Shown: piece by piece, positions 1 through 12,983 of the stretch
Position numbering within the stretch: the first letter of the stretch is position 1
Layout: each line of letters opens with the position of its first letter
Assembly: GCA_951406725.2 (NCBI GenBank)
Contig: OX597818.1
Span: forward strand, 32,674,001 to 32,738,000
DNA from: Octopus vulgaris
Lineage: Eukaryota
DNA: 64,000 nt
Direction of reading: 5' to 3'
Notes under the pieces: generated by a model
Seen by the model: the letters and a program-made list of their open reading frames with translations, nothing else
Databases searched by the model: none
What the model was told of the DNA's origin: nothing
Position numbers and translations under genes: made by a program

Positions 1-1829
1 TATGAGAAAGTTAAGTTTCCTAGTCACTTTGATCTGCTGCTTTGGTATCTAGTACTGAAAAGAGAACAAAAAGCGTGAAATGCTTTTCACCAGTCCATGG
101 GGTGCGCTCTGAACTGATTTTGCAGTCATTCCCTTTAGCGAGGCTTCTTTGCCCGTTGCAAACGGTAACAAAATTGCATCTTTAAGGGTCAAATTTGTTC
201 AAAACATTTGAACCGATTTAAAGTTATTGTTTTACACCACCACTTTGCACGCCACACATATTTTGTCCCGGCCTGGCTGCCGAAGCGGGCATTCGGTAGA
301 AATCACGATAGAGTGCTATATACTGTACATAGCGCCACGTTATTTATCAGATGTTTTAACCTCACAATTCCTTAATCCAAATTTCGCGTTGCCGAACTTA
401 AGAAGATAGTGAAATATAAAACAGGAATTTTACTATACAATAAATGTATTGCAAAAGTGTCGAATTTCATAGTAAACTTTGGTTGCACTGTATGCAATAA
501 AGAATACTTGGTGGATGGCAAACATATGGGTTGTTTGAATAATAGAAAGAGTGAAGCTTCGACATTTAGAAAGGAAGAGATTAATATCTGCAACACGATT
601 ACGATTATATAATAAGGTTCTTAAGCTTCAAAATTTAGAACAGCTTTTAAATAAAAATAATTCTATTTAATTTCCCTAGAATTACTTTAAAATATGACAG
701 CAAAATTCATCACAGAGAATTGATTCTTCAGTAATGTAACAAAAAAGGAAAGAAAGAAAATAAAACTCGAGTTCGTGTCTTTTTTCATAAACGACGCGTG
801 ACTCAATTATTCTTATAGAAATATATTTTAAATATTTATACCTTATGAAAATAGTGATAACAAATATATGAACAATAATACTATTAATATTGTTCGCTAC
901 CGACAACTGAAATAATACGACTTTTGAGATACTAATATATAAATAGCTGAATAAAGTGAGAGAAAATGATATTGTTGAAGAACAGTATACAGTATAATCA
1001 TATTGTGAGTATATTACAGAGATGTCACATCGTATTTTACTTCAGCTTTCTGCTGGGGGTAAAAATATCGAATGAGATATCTAACGAGATGATGAATATA
1101 GAACTATATCTATAACATTCATTCTGATATTCTTTAGCTTTCAAGGTTGTATATCTCATTTCGTACATTCTTACTGACAGCTAACATCTTTAATACTATA
1201 TCCCAGTATTTGACAGTATACATTACTCTAATTTTGGACTACAACTGTCAGAACTGATGATTGTTTTTAATCATTCATCGCCTTCCTTTTTTATCGCTTT
1301 ATTTTTGCAAAACATAGCCTTCTTATTAAGTATATAGTATTCTGACCGAGCGACACAGGCCTTTTGACATTCGCTGCTCTTTCTTTTTTGCTACGCTACA
1401 TCACCAATAAATAGTTTTACTTAGACCCTGATCAGACGATATAAAGTACAGCCGTCATCAGAAACAGTTTTTTCAAGACCATCCAATCCATTTCAAACTA
1501 AATACATCTAGTTTCCTTAATGTAAGATGATAGCTAACTTGAGGAAAATTGTCCTGAGATTTGTAACAAGATGGTAGGAAGTAATAGCAAAGTGCGTAAG
1601 AGAAACCCCGCATAAGGAGCTATACAATGGTAATCCAAAATGCCTTTCCCAATGAAACGAATGATTGACTGTAGCCATATATTGTGAATGCTTCCTCCCC
1701 CGGAGTCATATCACGATAACTGATCAATGTCTACAAATTATGGACGAACCAGAAACGATGGAAAGTATTGATACAATGAAGTGTAAGGATGTTACTGAAT
1801 CATATTAAAAGATGGCTAGCATATATGAT

Positions 1830-2160
1830 GTGAAGGCGCATGGCTCAGTGGTTAGAGCGTCGAGATTACGATCGTGAGGTTGTAAGCTTGAATCCCGGAC
1901 CGGGCTGTGTGTTGTGTTCTTGAGCAAGACACCTTATTTCACATTGCTCCAGTTCACTCAGTTATAGAAATGAGTTGTGACGTCACTGGTGCCAAGCTGT
2001 ATCGGCCTTTCCCTTGGATAACATCGGTGGCATAGAGAGGGGAGGCCGGTATGCATGGGCGACTGCTGGTCTTCCATAAACAACCTTGCCCGGACTTGTG
2101 CCTGGGAGGGTAACTTTCTATGTGTAATCCCATGGTCTGTGTCGTGACCGAAGGGGGTCT
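1830..2160 (+). mobile_element. tRNA-derived SINE, family B (full length)
   Basis: Pol III A box (TGGCTCAGTGG) and B-box-like GCTTGAATCCC, followed by the CORE-like TTCTTGAGCAAGACAC segment. Near-identical copy at 44041-44375. Short AGCATAT flanking duplication. Confidence 0.9.
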
Positions 2161-2564
2161 CAGCATATGTAATTATTGATATTTTCAAATTTCTATTAAA
2201 GTGGACAAGAATGTCAAAAATATATTAATTTCAAGAGCAGGATAACGAATACACACGCTCGCACGCACACATACTGTCTCACACACACGTGTATAAATTG
2301 ATTAAATGGAGTGATAGATACATACATTATATATGTGTATTTACGTAAATGTATGAATTTATGCGAAGTTATATGCAAATAGAGTTTAACATTAAACTGA
2401 AGGATTACTTTACACATTTTGGTGGAGTACATATTAGTTTTTACAAAGAAAAGTTTTTCACCTTTCTGTCTGCTCGACGTCAACAAACCGCTGACGGCGA
2501 GGAAGACAAAACTTCGAAGTCCTTGTCAATACTTTCCTTGTAAAAATTAATATATATATATATA

Positions 2565-3139
<575 letters not shown>

Positions 3140-3217
3140 TTATTTATTCATTTATTTATATATATAGATATATGATGCAGTATATAATATATGATATACA
3201 GTGTGTACAATATATAT

Positions 3218-3325
3218 GATGGTGTAGGGAATGGGGAAAGCTTGATTTGCAATTTTTGCAGTCGTGTATTCTTGTCAAGAGCAGGGCTCATTTGCCACCA
3301 ACGGAGCCACAAATGCAAAATATAA
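3218..3325 (+). pseudogene. 3' terminal fragment of an RTE-type LINE ORF (C-terminal C2H2 finger)
   Basis: Translates DGVGNGESLICNFCSRVFLSRAGLICHQRSHKCKI*, a C-x2-C-x12-H-x3-H finger of the type that ends RTE/BovB-like ORFs. Confidence 0.6.
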
Positions 3326-3948
3326 GTTAGTCTGAGAGCGCACAATGTTTTGATTGCAAAAGTTAAATATACATAACTGTCAATGAATATTTGTTGTACA
3401 GTAGCAAAGTTTTAAGAGAAAGCTCTTTCTTTAAAAGAAAAAGAATTGTTTTTATACAAATGTTATCAATTCTCCCTTCTCTCTTCCGATATAGAATAGA
3501 GATGGACTTCCACTATTCCTTATATCTGTTCAGCTACCGAAAGAGCTTTGTAGATAGATTTATGAGGTCATTCATGATTTCCAGCAGAAGTGTAATAATG
3601 TGATGTTTAGTGATCAGCAGAGTACGTAGTGTTTATGAAGCTGGCATTGGCATATAACAAACGTTAAAGCTGGAAACAAAAGAAAATATACAATTAGTCT
3701 GATTATGAAATGTAAATATTAGAGCATATCTCGATTTATTCATAAATTGTCAATGGACACAAAAATTAGAATATTTTCTATAGACGATGTAAAGACACGG
3801 CTATTGTCAATTTAGCATCAGTACTACTTTGATACCCAGCAAAGCAGTAATACTGTCTGAGATATAGGAATTGTGGTAACATCTACTTTGCAGCTACATA
3901 TATATGTACATATGTATATATATATACACACACATATATATGTATATA

Positions 3949-3980
<32 letters not shown>

Positions 3981-4214
3981 CTTTATTCATACATTTATGA
4001 TGTCTTTGCTTCCTCTGGTATATATGTAGATATATATATGTACTTATTTATATATACATATATTAATATATAAATATATATCTACATAGGTGGTGCTATT
4101 AAGTTAGACATGGCCTGGGCCAATAATGGCCGAAACCTATCAAAGTATCAAAGTACATATATGTACAATTATATATATACATTTATATACATTTATACAC
4201 ACACATATATATAG

Positions 4215-4269
<55 letters not shown>

Positions 4270-5155
4270 CAAATATACAAATATATATATATAATATATA
4301 AATAATATATATGATCTATTACATATATTATATATTACATATTATATATTATATATATAATATGTAATATATAATATGTAATATATAATATATATAGAAA
4401 AAGATAGATAGATAGATAGAGTGATAGACAGATATAGCTATATATAATATATATCATATATATTATACATACATATATATAATGAACTAATGCCTACATA
4501 ACCTACTATTTGTATGTCACTTCTCTTCAGAAAGAAGCTGATGGAAAAAATTCGAGGCGAGCAAAGTATATATCATCTCGAAATATTCTTTGGTAGCGTT
4601 TCTGTCAATGAAAACCATTCACTTTAACACTGGTTACATATATATTCATTTCCTCTCATGGAACTTGTATAATTTTGTAATAACCTTATATTTAAGTTCA
4701 TGTAAAACTAGTAACTTTATTTATTTACAGTTTATTAAGAATTTATATAATGTTGCTACATCGCCCAAAGTCTATAATCAAAAGCGTTCCGACTGTCGCC
4801 ATAGCTTTATTTGTTTATTTATTTAGTTATTTATCTATTTTTATTGCTAAGCATATACAACTACAACCAAATTATCTGATGCATCAATTATTATTATTAT
4901 TATTTTTTGTAAAATCGTAAACTATGATTTGGAGGTGTTAATGCTGCCATTTCTAGCTGTTCATGCGATTACATAAATCTACCATCGTTATCTCGTAATG
5001 CATTTACTACAGAGCGATTAAAACGCGTCAGCATAGTTTCGTGGTAGAGTCCTTGGAAAGGCTATTTCGTTATTGTTGAAGCATATTTTTTGAAAAGCTG
5101 AAAGTATATATAAAGCGGTGCAGAATTCACAGAGGCCAGAAGCTACAATGACAAT

Positions 5156-5442
5156 GTTTCCTTTCTTTCTTTGCCCTTTTCAAGCATAGCCAGGCTCATG
5201 GGCCCGGTTTTCCGGTTTCTGTGGCGTATGTGTCCCCCCCCCCCATCGCAGCGTTACTCAAGAAACAGGAACAGAGAGTGAGAGAAAGTTGTGGTGAAAG
5301 AATACAACAGGGGTCACCACCACCCCCTGCCGGAGCCTCGTGGAGCTTTTAGATGTTTTCGCTCAATAAACACACACAACGCCTGGTCTGGGAATCGAAA
5401 CCGCGATCCTCCGACCGCGAGTCTGATGCCACTTGCGCTTCC
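5156..5442 (-). mobile_element. SINE family D (V-like tail subfamily)
   Basis: Homologous to 57882-58176 and 59415-59716. 10-bp target-site duplication (TSD) CAATGACAAT at 5146-5155 and 5443-5452. Confidence 0.85.
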
Positions 5443-5557
5443 CAATGACAATTAGCATACAATTAATTATATATTTAATTATCGCAAATTTCTTTGGTAG
5501 GAGGTGGACTTGCCCCCAAAGTATTGTTTGAAGAGAGTACTTTTCTGTATAGCTCTA

Positions 5558-5778
5558 TTTACTCTTTAATCTTTTTTACTCTTTTACTTGTTTCAGTCAT
5601 TTGACTGTGGTCATGCTGGAGCAACGCCTTTGGTCGAGCAAATCGAACCCAGGACTTATTCCTTGTAAGCCTAGTACTTATTCTATGGAACCGCTAAGTT
5701 ACGGGGACGCAAACACACCAGCATCGGTTGTCAAGCGATGTTGGGGGAACAAACACAAACACACACACACACACACAC

Positions 5779-5833
<55 letters not shown>

Positions 5834-5986
5834 TACACACATATATACGACGGGCTTCTTTCAGTTTCGTCTACCAAATCCACTCACAAGGATTTGGTCG
5901 GCCCGAGGCTATAGCAGAAGACACTTGCCCAAGGTGCCACACAATGGGACTGAACCCGGAATCATGTGGTTGGTAAGCAAGCTACT
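5558..5986 (-). mobile_element. SINE family A (CORE-like, internal microsatellite)
   Basis: Reverse complement of the family A consensus seen at 9979 and 34855, with an (AGTAAAAG)n-type tail. Confidence 0.9.
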
Positions 5987-6084
5987 TTGATTCTGCTAGC
6001 TCGGTACCTTTTCCCCTAGCCTCGTTGCTCATACATAATCAACGTCAGTATTTTTCCCTATTTCTGTGAAGGTATGTTTGAGAT

Positions 6085-6245
6085 GCAGGCAAAGCCATTT
6101 GGTAAGAAATTTGCTTTCCAACCACATGGTTTTGGGTTCAGTCCTACTAAATAGCATCCTGAGTAAATGTCTTCTACCATAGCCTCCGTACCGTCCAAAG
6201 CTTTTTGAGTGTATTTGGTAGGTTTTAGAGTAAAAGCCTATCGTG
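6085..6245 (+). mobile_element. Diverged SINE A 5' half
   Basis: Matches the family A head (CCAACCACATGGTT..GGTTCAGTCC..GTCTTCTAC..ATAGCCTC). Confidence 0.75.
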
Positions 6246-6314
6246 TATACACACACACACACACACATACACACACACACACTCACACACACACACATAT
6301 ATATATATAAAATC

Positions 6315-7200
6315 CCAGCGTGATTGAAGGATTGTATATATATATATATACAATCCTTCATTCCCGCTGGCCGCTACCCCTCTCTCCTCCTTCCACGTGA
6401 CCGGTGTCCGACCAGCCCTGATCTTTCTTTCTTGGCCTGACTGTCGACCGCCAACAACTCTCATGTCCATCTTCTATGTTCTTGCGTTTAGGCTTTCACT
6501 TCATAACGCCAGCTCAATCTGATTCATTCTTAGTCGAAAGACACCTGTTGTTATTTTCTTGTTGTTTGTATTTGTAATTGTGTACCATGTTCTCCGTATT
6601 TTTGTTGTTATTGCCGTACACATTCGCTAGCTTTCTTACAAAATGATCTAATGCTCTTAGCTTAGACTTTTGGGGGAGAAACCAGATCGAACTGTCACAA
6701 GTGTAACTATCCGAAACAGTAAGGACTTCTGTTAACTTGACTGAGGAAAGAAGGCCATAAATGGCTCGTATTTTTTTGCCTGTCATTCTAACTGTTGTTT
6801 CTTCTCTCCGCCTTTGTATCGTCCATCTGTCCGAATATTGTATTGTCCTTTATTGCGTTTTTGTTCCATTTTTTATATTTATATATACATATAGCGGCGT
6901 ACGTACACACTTGCGCTCACCTTATAGTAGGTATGTATCTAAATTTTGTAGGACCCTTATTCTATCTTTTAGTCCCCCTCATATTTTCTTCCCCTTTTCT
7001 TTTTCTCGCTCCCCCTCTCTCTCACATTTCTGGGCCCTCTTTTTCTTTAACTCCCACGTTTCTCCCTCCTTTATCTCCCCTGTACTTTTCCCTTTATCTC
7101 TGATTGTTTTTTTCAATCCTTCAATCCCGCTGCCCTCTACCGTCTATATATCCGAATGTCTTATTGTCATCTATTGCGTTTTTGTTCCATTATATATATA
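6315..7200 (+). mobile_element. TA-anchored element family H with a 5' hairpin and a duplicated 3' tail
   Basis: Shares blocks (CTAATGCTCTTAGCTTAG, CTTGACTGAGGA, TATAGCGGCGTACGTACAC) with the reverse complement of 38500-39120. The tail ATTGCGTTTTTGTTCCATT occurs at both ~6852 and ~7173. Confidence 0.6.
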
Positions 7201-7584
7201 TACTTCTTACTTGGGATAATGTTCTAATAAGTATTAATAACTTACTGTTTTGCTTGAGTTCAGTTTTTCTGTCTTCGTTCTTCTATCCTTCCTTTTTATC
7301 TCCCATCCTTCCTATGTCATCACACAGTCACGACAGGAAATGTCACTCTCTCCGTGACAATGATTTGTCTGCAAAATTCCAACCTCTCTATTTTCTGTTT
7401 AATTTATATGTAGTGTTGACAGTTAAAAGGAAGTTTCTTCATTGCTTCATATTAAACGATTGCTTTATTTGGCCCCGTAATGATTAATCTATTTATTAAT
7501 GCTATTCTGCATGCTGTGATATGGGTTCGAGTGTTTCGCCTTTGATAAAGTACGGACCAAGATGGAAACGTAATGAAAATCCCA

Positions 7585-7900
7585 TCAGGTGTTACTGTGT
7601 GGCAAGAAGCATGCTTCCCAATTACAGGGTTCCTGGTTCAGTCCCACTGTGTAGCACCTTGAGCAGGTGTCTTCTACAAAGCCTATTGTGTGGATTTTTA
7701 AGACGGAAACTGAAAGAAGCCTGTCATATATATATATATGTGTGTGTGTGTGCTTGACAACCCGTGTTGATGTGTTTACATCCCCGTAACCTAGAGGTTC
7801 GGCAAAAAGACCCCGATAGAATAAGTACCAGGCTTAACGAAAAAGTTCTTTAATGCAGTGCCCTAGCATGGCTGCAGTCTAACGACTGAAACAATTGGTA
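7585..7900 (+). mobile_element. Diverged SINE A
   Basis: Family A head, body and GCATGGCTGCAGTC..GACTGAAAC tail are all recognisable. Confidence 0.8.
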
Positions 7901-7919
7901 GCTAAAAGATAACAGATAA

Positions 7920-8550
7920 GTGTTTCTAATGTTGACTCAGAGTCAGGTATTTTGAAAGGGAAGGCGGTTAGAAGATATCACTGACTCCAGTATTTGAGTG
8001 GTGTTTCCACCTTGTAGACAAACGGCAAAGCTGACTGCAACAGGTATAGAAGCCGTAATGTAAAGAGCCTAAAGATATACTATAGGGCATTTTTTTCTCC
8101 GACGCTCTAATGACTCTTGTATGTCGGTGTCTTATTGAAATTTAATACTATGATTTCCGATTTAGGCACAGAGCCAGCAATTTTGAGGTGGAGGGTGAGT
8201 TGCCTATAACATCAACTGATATTTTATTTTATTGGCCTAGAAGGACGAAAGAGAAGCTCACCTCGGCTGGATTTAAACTTAGAACATAGGGAGCCATAAG
8301 GAAAGCTGTAAGCATTTTACGACGCTCCAGTGACCCTATAAGCCATTAAATGCAATCTAATGGCTTATGATTTAGGTTGAAAACCTGTATTTTGGAGGGG
8401 GTGGTTAAGTCGATACATTCCTCCTCATTATTTAACTGATAATTTAAGTTGATCTTAGTGGGTTTTGAACTCAGAATGTAATGAGCCAGAGGAAATGCCT
8501 CAAAGTATATTTTACTCGATGCTCTAAAGATTCTTACCAGCTCACTAATC
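7920..8550 (-). mobile_element. Old tandem array of degenerate family C SINE units
   Basis: About three ~200-bp units with GAACTCAGAA and CGACGCTCT motifs matching the reverse complement of family C. Confidence 0.55.
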
Positions 8551-9182
8551 TAGTATCGTAAAACAAGTTCGAGCCTTGCTCTTTAAACAATTCTAATTAT
8601 GGAACGAAAATGAAGACACTATCAGCTCCATGTTCATTTCACAAAACTTTAAATATAATCTGGCTTATACGGAGAACTAGTAGTCAGAGAAACGTCGGAC
8701 AGATTTTGCAGTTTCCCTCTTTGCGTTGCGAATTCATATCTCGCTGGGGTGAAATTTGCTTTCATCATTTTTTGGGGTCGAAAAAAAAATAAAGTACCAA
8801 CCCCAAAGTAAAAATTTAATAAGGTTGGACCGGATGCCATGGGGTATTTGTTCCGTTTCTATGCGTTCTAAATTTAAACCACTCCATCGTCTACGTGACG
8901 ATAGTCTTAACCCATTGCATGTTGGGGACCTTTAGCGGAATTCACCCTGTTGTAAGTATTTGGGGCAAGGTCCCTGGTTTTATGATATCTCCTACCCACC
9001 AGGCTCCGAGGGTCTGTAGCAGGTTATGAGTAATGCATCCCTCCTTACTAAAAGATAAAACGACATTGTAACTTTCAAACTTCACGATGTCTTCTTTTTA
9101 GAGAATTCCTAAACTGTCATATTTGTGTGTGTGTATGTGTGTGTGTGTAAGTATATATTTATATACGAATATATGCATGTGT

Positions 9183-9243
<61 letters not shown>

Positions 9244-9978
9244 ACTAAAATAAGCGCTCTTGGACACAGCGAATTTCACCGTGAAATAACAAGTGATCAC
9301 GCACTTCATCGCTTTGTTTGCACAACTGTCCGAATAATCTGTCATTTGAAGAATTATTTTTGACTTTGTTAATTGCTGTAATGATATATTGCAGTGAACG
9401 GTGTAAACGATCGCTAAGATTTTTGCAATTAAATGTCGTTGATGAATCACATTAGGCACTACACAGATTATTAAAGCGTGCATTGAATTCTCTGTGACAG
9501 CGCAACCCAAACGAACCTGCATCTGTTGCAGCTGTTATCATGTTTGTAATTATATTTGGAAAAAAGAATCACATTAAAAAAATTCCTCAAGGAATACAGA
9601 CTTTCCTTAACCAAACGTTTAGCGAATAATAACTCGAGTTATTTCCTTTATATACAGCACCTAAGTTAAAACAGAATGTCTTCTTTTCTTTGTTGAAGAA
9701 ATAACGTCGAATTATATAAAGAAAATTAGGAAATGCTATAAAAAATGTATAATGTGTTTTTCACATCAGCACATATTTCGTCAGTTCTTCTTTGTAATGC
9801 ATTATTGATTAAAGGAATTTTATTGATTGGGTCAGTCACTGGTTTACTCGACCTGCTACAGACACAATAACAGCTGAAAGAATCAATTCTTTGTCAACAG
9901 TTTGTGCTTTTCTGGATTTGGCATTCAGTGTTTAAAATGAAGTTTTATGTTTTGTCAAGTACAATAAGTATTTAACTA

Positions 9979-10389
9979 GGCGTAGGAGTGGCTGTGTGGT
10001 AAGTAGCTTGCTTACCAATCGCATGGTTCCGGGTTCAATCACACTGCGTGGCACCTTGGGCAAGTGTCTTCTACTATAGCCTCGGGCCGACCAAAGCCTT
10101 GTGAGTGGATATTTTGGTAGACGGAAACTGAACGAAGCCCGTCGTATATATGTTTATGTATATATATGTGTGTTTGTGTTTGTGTCTGTGTTTGTCCCCC
10201 CAACATCGCTTGACAACCAATGCTGGTGTGTTTACGTCCCCGTAACTTAGCAGTTCGGCAAAAGAGACCGATAGAATAAGTACTAGGCTTACAAAGAATA
10301 AGTCCTGGGATCGATTTGCTCGACTAAAGGCAGTGCTCCAGCATGGCCGCAGTCAAATGACTGAAACAAATAAAAGAGTAAAAGAGTAT
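9979..10389 (+). mobile_element. SINE family A (full length)
   Basis: A box TGGCTGTGTGG, B-box-like GGTTCAATC, CORE-like GTGGCACCTTGGGCAAGTGTCTT, internal TA/TG tract, and tail GCTCCAGCATGGCCGCAGTCAAATGACTGAAAC(AAAAGAGT)n. Confidence 0.93.
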
Positions 10390-11400
10390 AATAAATAATG
10401 AATCTTCAGCATCGAATGCAATGCAAAGCATTCATGTTGATTTTAAAGGTTTATAGAAGGCCTCCCATTTTTGGAGGACAAATTATACAGTTACAAATCA
10501 CGCCTGGTATCAAGCCGTGAATGGTGAAACGCAAATATAGTAGTCGGAATAATCTAGGCAAAGAAAACAATATGGCGTAACTAAGTAGGGCAATCAATTC
10601 TGCCACCCACTGAACCTGCATAAATATTAATTATTCAACCGTTCGGGATCATTCATCGCCTTAGTTGCCATATTTGCATGTCTTAAAGGAAATGGTTATT
10701 CATAATATGCTGCGAATTATTGTATTTGGAAAGAATGCCTTTCGGCGCTTTGTCTAGGAGAAATCGATAATTTCTTTTGTACTTTCGACGAAATAATGCC
10801 ACATAGTTAATACTGTGTATCAAGTGAAAAATATGAGGATTAGCTTTATAATCATTGTTATTAGGATGTAGTTACTTGTTAGGAATCTAAGGGAAATAAT
10901 CGTACTCTCGGTTGAACAAGGCAGATTTGTAAAGCAGATAAATAAGTCACGTGTAAATATTGTGAACTTTCATAGTGGTTGAGTAACAGATGTATTCGCT
11001 ATATGGTTTATATAACAATCGTGTGAGAAGTTGGATTGAATATATAACCGCTCTTTAATTTAGTGAAAACTAGAAATAATTATTTGGTTTTTGGATTTGG
11101 TTTGCAAGATTCTTTATGTGAGTTCGTGTGTTGAAGCATATTTTGTTGTGTCTGGGGAGAGTCATTGTCTTTTTGTGCCTTATAATAGTCAAGACTATTG
11201 AAAAGGTTGCAAGACGCAACGAAAATTTTAGGAAAATAAAAATAAGAAACAAGTGGAAATTTTACCGGTGAGTGTGTTAAATTATAAGGCACAAAAAGAA
11301 AATTACTCTCCCCAGACACAATAGAAATAATTAAGCAGTAGATTAAGAAGTATACAAGCCACTGACTAGACGAAAATATCTCTGGAATGCTAGAGAACAA

Positions 11401-11440
11401 TCCAGACATGTTTCGGTCTTATAAAGGGCTCATCAGTGAA
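11401..11440 (-). ncRNA. Minimal type I hammerhead ribozyme motif (stem II partly mismatched)
   Basis: Minus strand reads TTCA-CTGATGA-GCCCTT tat AAGACC-GAAA-CATG-TC-TGGA: intact core, palindromic stem III, GUC cleavage triplet. Confidence 0.6.
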
Positions 11441-11828
11441 GAACAGATTACACCATTCTTGACGAAGAAGTGATGGAAGACTTATTTAGTAAATTTAGAA
11501 AATTATACACTGTTTGGCATAGATAAAATTAATTCCACAGAGAATACGTTGTTATAATCAGTAACTGCTGCTACATATCCATAATCAGGTTATACTTAAA
11601 GTACTCTAATTCCTACCTACTTTGTTTTACTTACAAACCTTTAATTGACTTGATGTTAGGGTACAAAAACTCACCTATTGCATCACATTAATCCTGCTCG
11701 AGAATTCGGTAAAGTGAAAATACAAAACAAGATAATTTTTTATTCATCACCGCTTCACAGCCGATGTTTGTTTCTTTATGTCCCCGTAAATTAGAGGTTC
11801 GACAAAAAAAAAGCCGATATTGTAAGTA

Positions 11829-12394
11829 TTGGGTTGTCCGGAAAGTTCGTGCCGATTTATTGTAGTTTACATTTCGACTTATTCTAGAAGATGGTTGAGT
11901 ACATAAAATAAGATTTGACTACAGCTCCATTTAGAGCACAGTTTAAGCTATCTTTTCGTGGAAGAAGATCTATGTTCCTATAACCTGTGTTAATTCTGTA
12001 ACCTTTTAAAATGGAGGATAAAACAGTTCATTTTCAGCACTTGATGCTTTGGGAACCAGACAAAAGTTGCTGCAGCTCGGCTGGGATGTGTTACCCCACC
12101 CTCCATATTCACCAGATATTGCTCCTTCGGATTTCCACTTAATCAGGTCTCTGCAGAATAGTCTTCATGGTAAAAATTACAATTCTTTGGATGACGTAAA
12201 ATGATACCTTGATGAATTCTATGCCATGAAACCATCTCAATTCTGGGAAGAGGCTATTTTCAAGTTAAAGGAAAGATAGAGACGCATTGTGCAACAAAAT
12301 GGTTCATATTTGGTTGATAAAAAATTGAATGGCAAGTATTTATTGACCTTTTCCTTTCCTTTAAAAATCGGCCAGAACTTTCCGAACAACCCAA
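11829..12394 (+). mobile_element. Internally deleted mariner (DD34D-type) transposon
   Basis: About 30-bp TIRs (TTGGGTTGTCCGGAAAGTTCGTGCCGATTT / AAATCGGCCAGAACTTTCCGAACAACCCAA) and a TA TSD. The transposase N-terminus MEDKTVHFQHLMLWE (12011) is fused out of frame to the C-terminus TRQKLLQLGWDVLPHPPYSPDIAPSDFHL. Confidence 0.93.
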
Positions 12395-12719
12395 TAGCAG
12401 TCTTTCAGTAAAAGAAGAAACGTATTGAACTTGATTTGTTCGACTAAACCATTCAAAACGGGGCCTCAGTATGGACACAGTCCGATGAATGGTACAAGGA
12501 AAAGAAGAAAGACATGTGTAAATGCACGTGCGTGTTTTCGTATTTAAACAGAAGTAGGAAAGCTGTGCCTATGCTATTTTGACTAAAACAAAAATTTATC
12601 TATTTTTTACCCAATATTTCATGCTTAATATATCAGCCTCAAATAACTGTTTCTAATCTAGGCACAATACCAGCGATTTTAAGGGAAGAGGTCTGGTCAA
12701 TGCCATCGACTCCAATTCT

Positions 12720-12983
12720 TTAATAAATAAATAAATGCGCCCTTTTAAAGCCTAGCCAGGCTCTTGGGTCCGGTTTCCCGATTTCAATGGAGTATATGTT
12801 CCCCAGCTGGACTGGACGCCAGTCCATCGCAGCGTTACTCATTTTTGCCAGCTGAGTGGACTGGAGCAACGTGAAATGAAGTGTTTTGCTCAAGAACAGA
12901 GCGCGTCGTCCGGTCCATGAATCGAAACCACAATCTTACGATCATGATGTTGACACCTTAACCACTAAGCCACGCGTCTCCAC
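12720..12983 (-). mobile_element. SINE family E (B-type head plus V-like tail), nested in a family C remnant
   Basis: tRNA-like head, GCTGCGATGGACTGGCGTCC..GTCCAG tail, and 10-bp TSD CTCCAATTCT at 12710-12719 and 12984-12993. Confidence 0.88.

Noticed and set aside
1830-1910. tRNA gene-like sequences at SINE 5' ends
   Set aside because: They have A/B boxes but continue into SINE bodies, often with TSDs; no complete cloverleaf or terminator is evident.
4105-4145. Partial HHR (CTG-GGCCAataaTGGCC-GAAAC)
   Set aside because: The ANGA part of the core is missing and there is no convincing stem I or stem III.
4534-4592. HHR-like CTGATGG...CTCGAAATATT
   Set aside because: A9 is altered, the linker is long and unpaired, and the stems are weak; it cannot be distinguished from chance.
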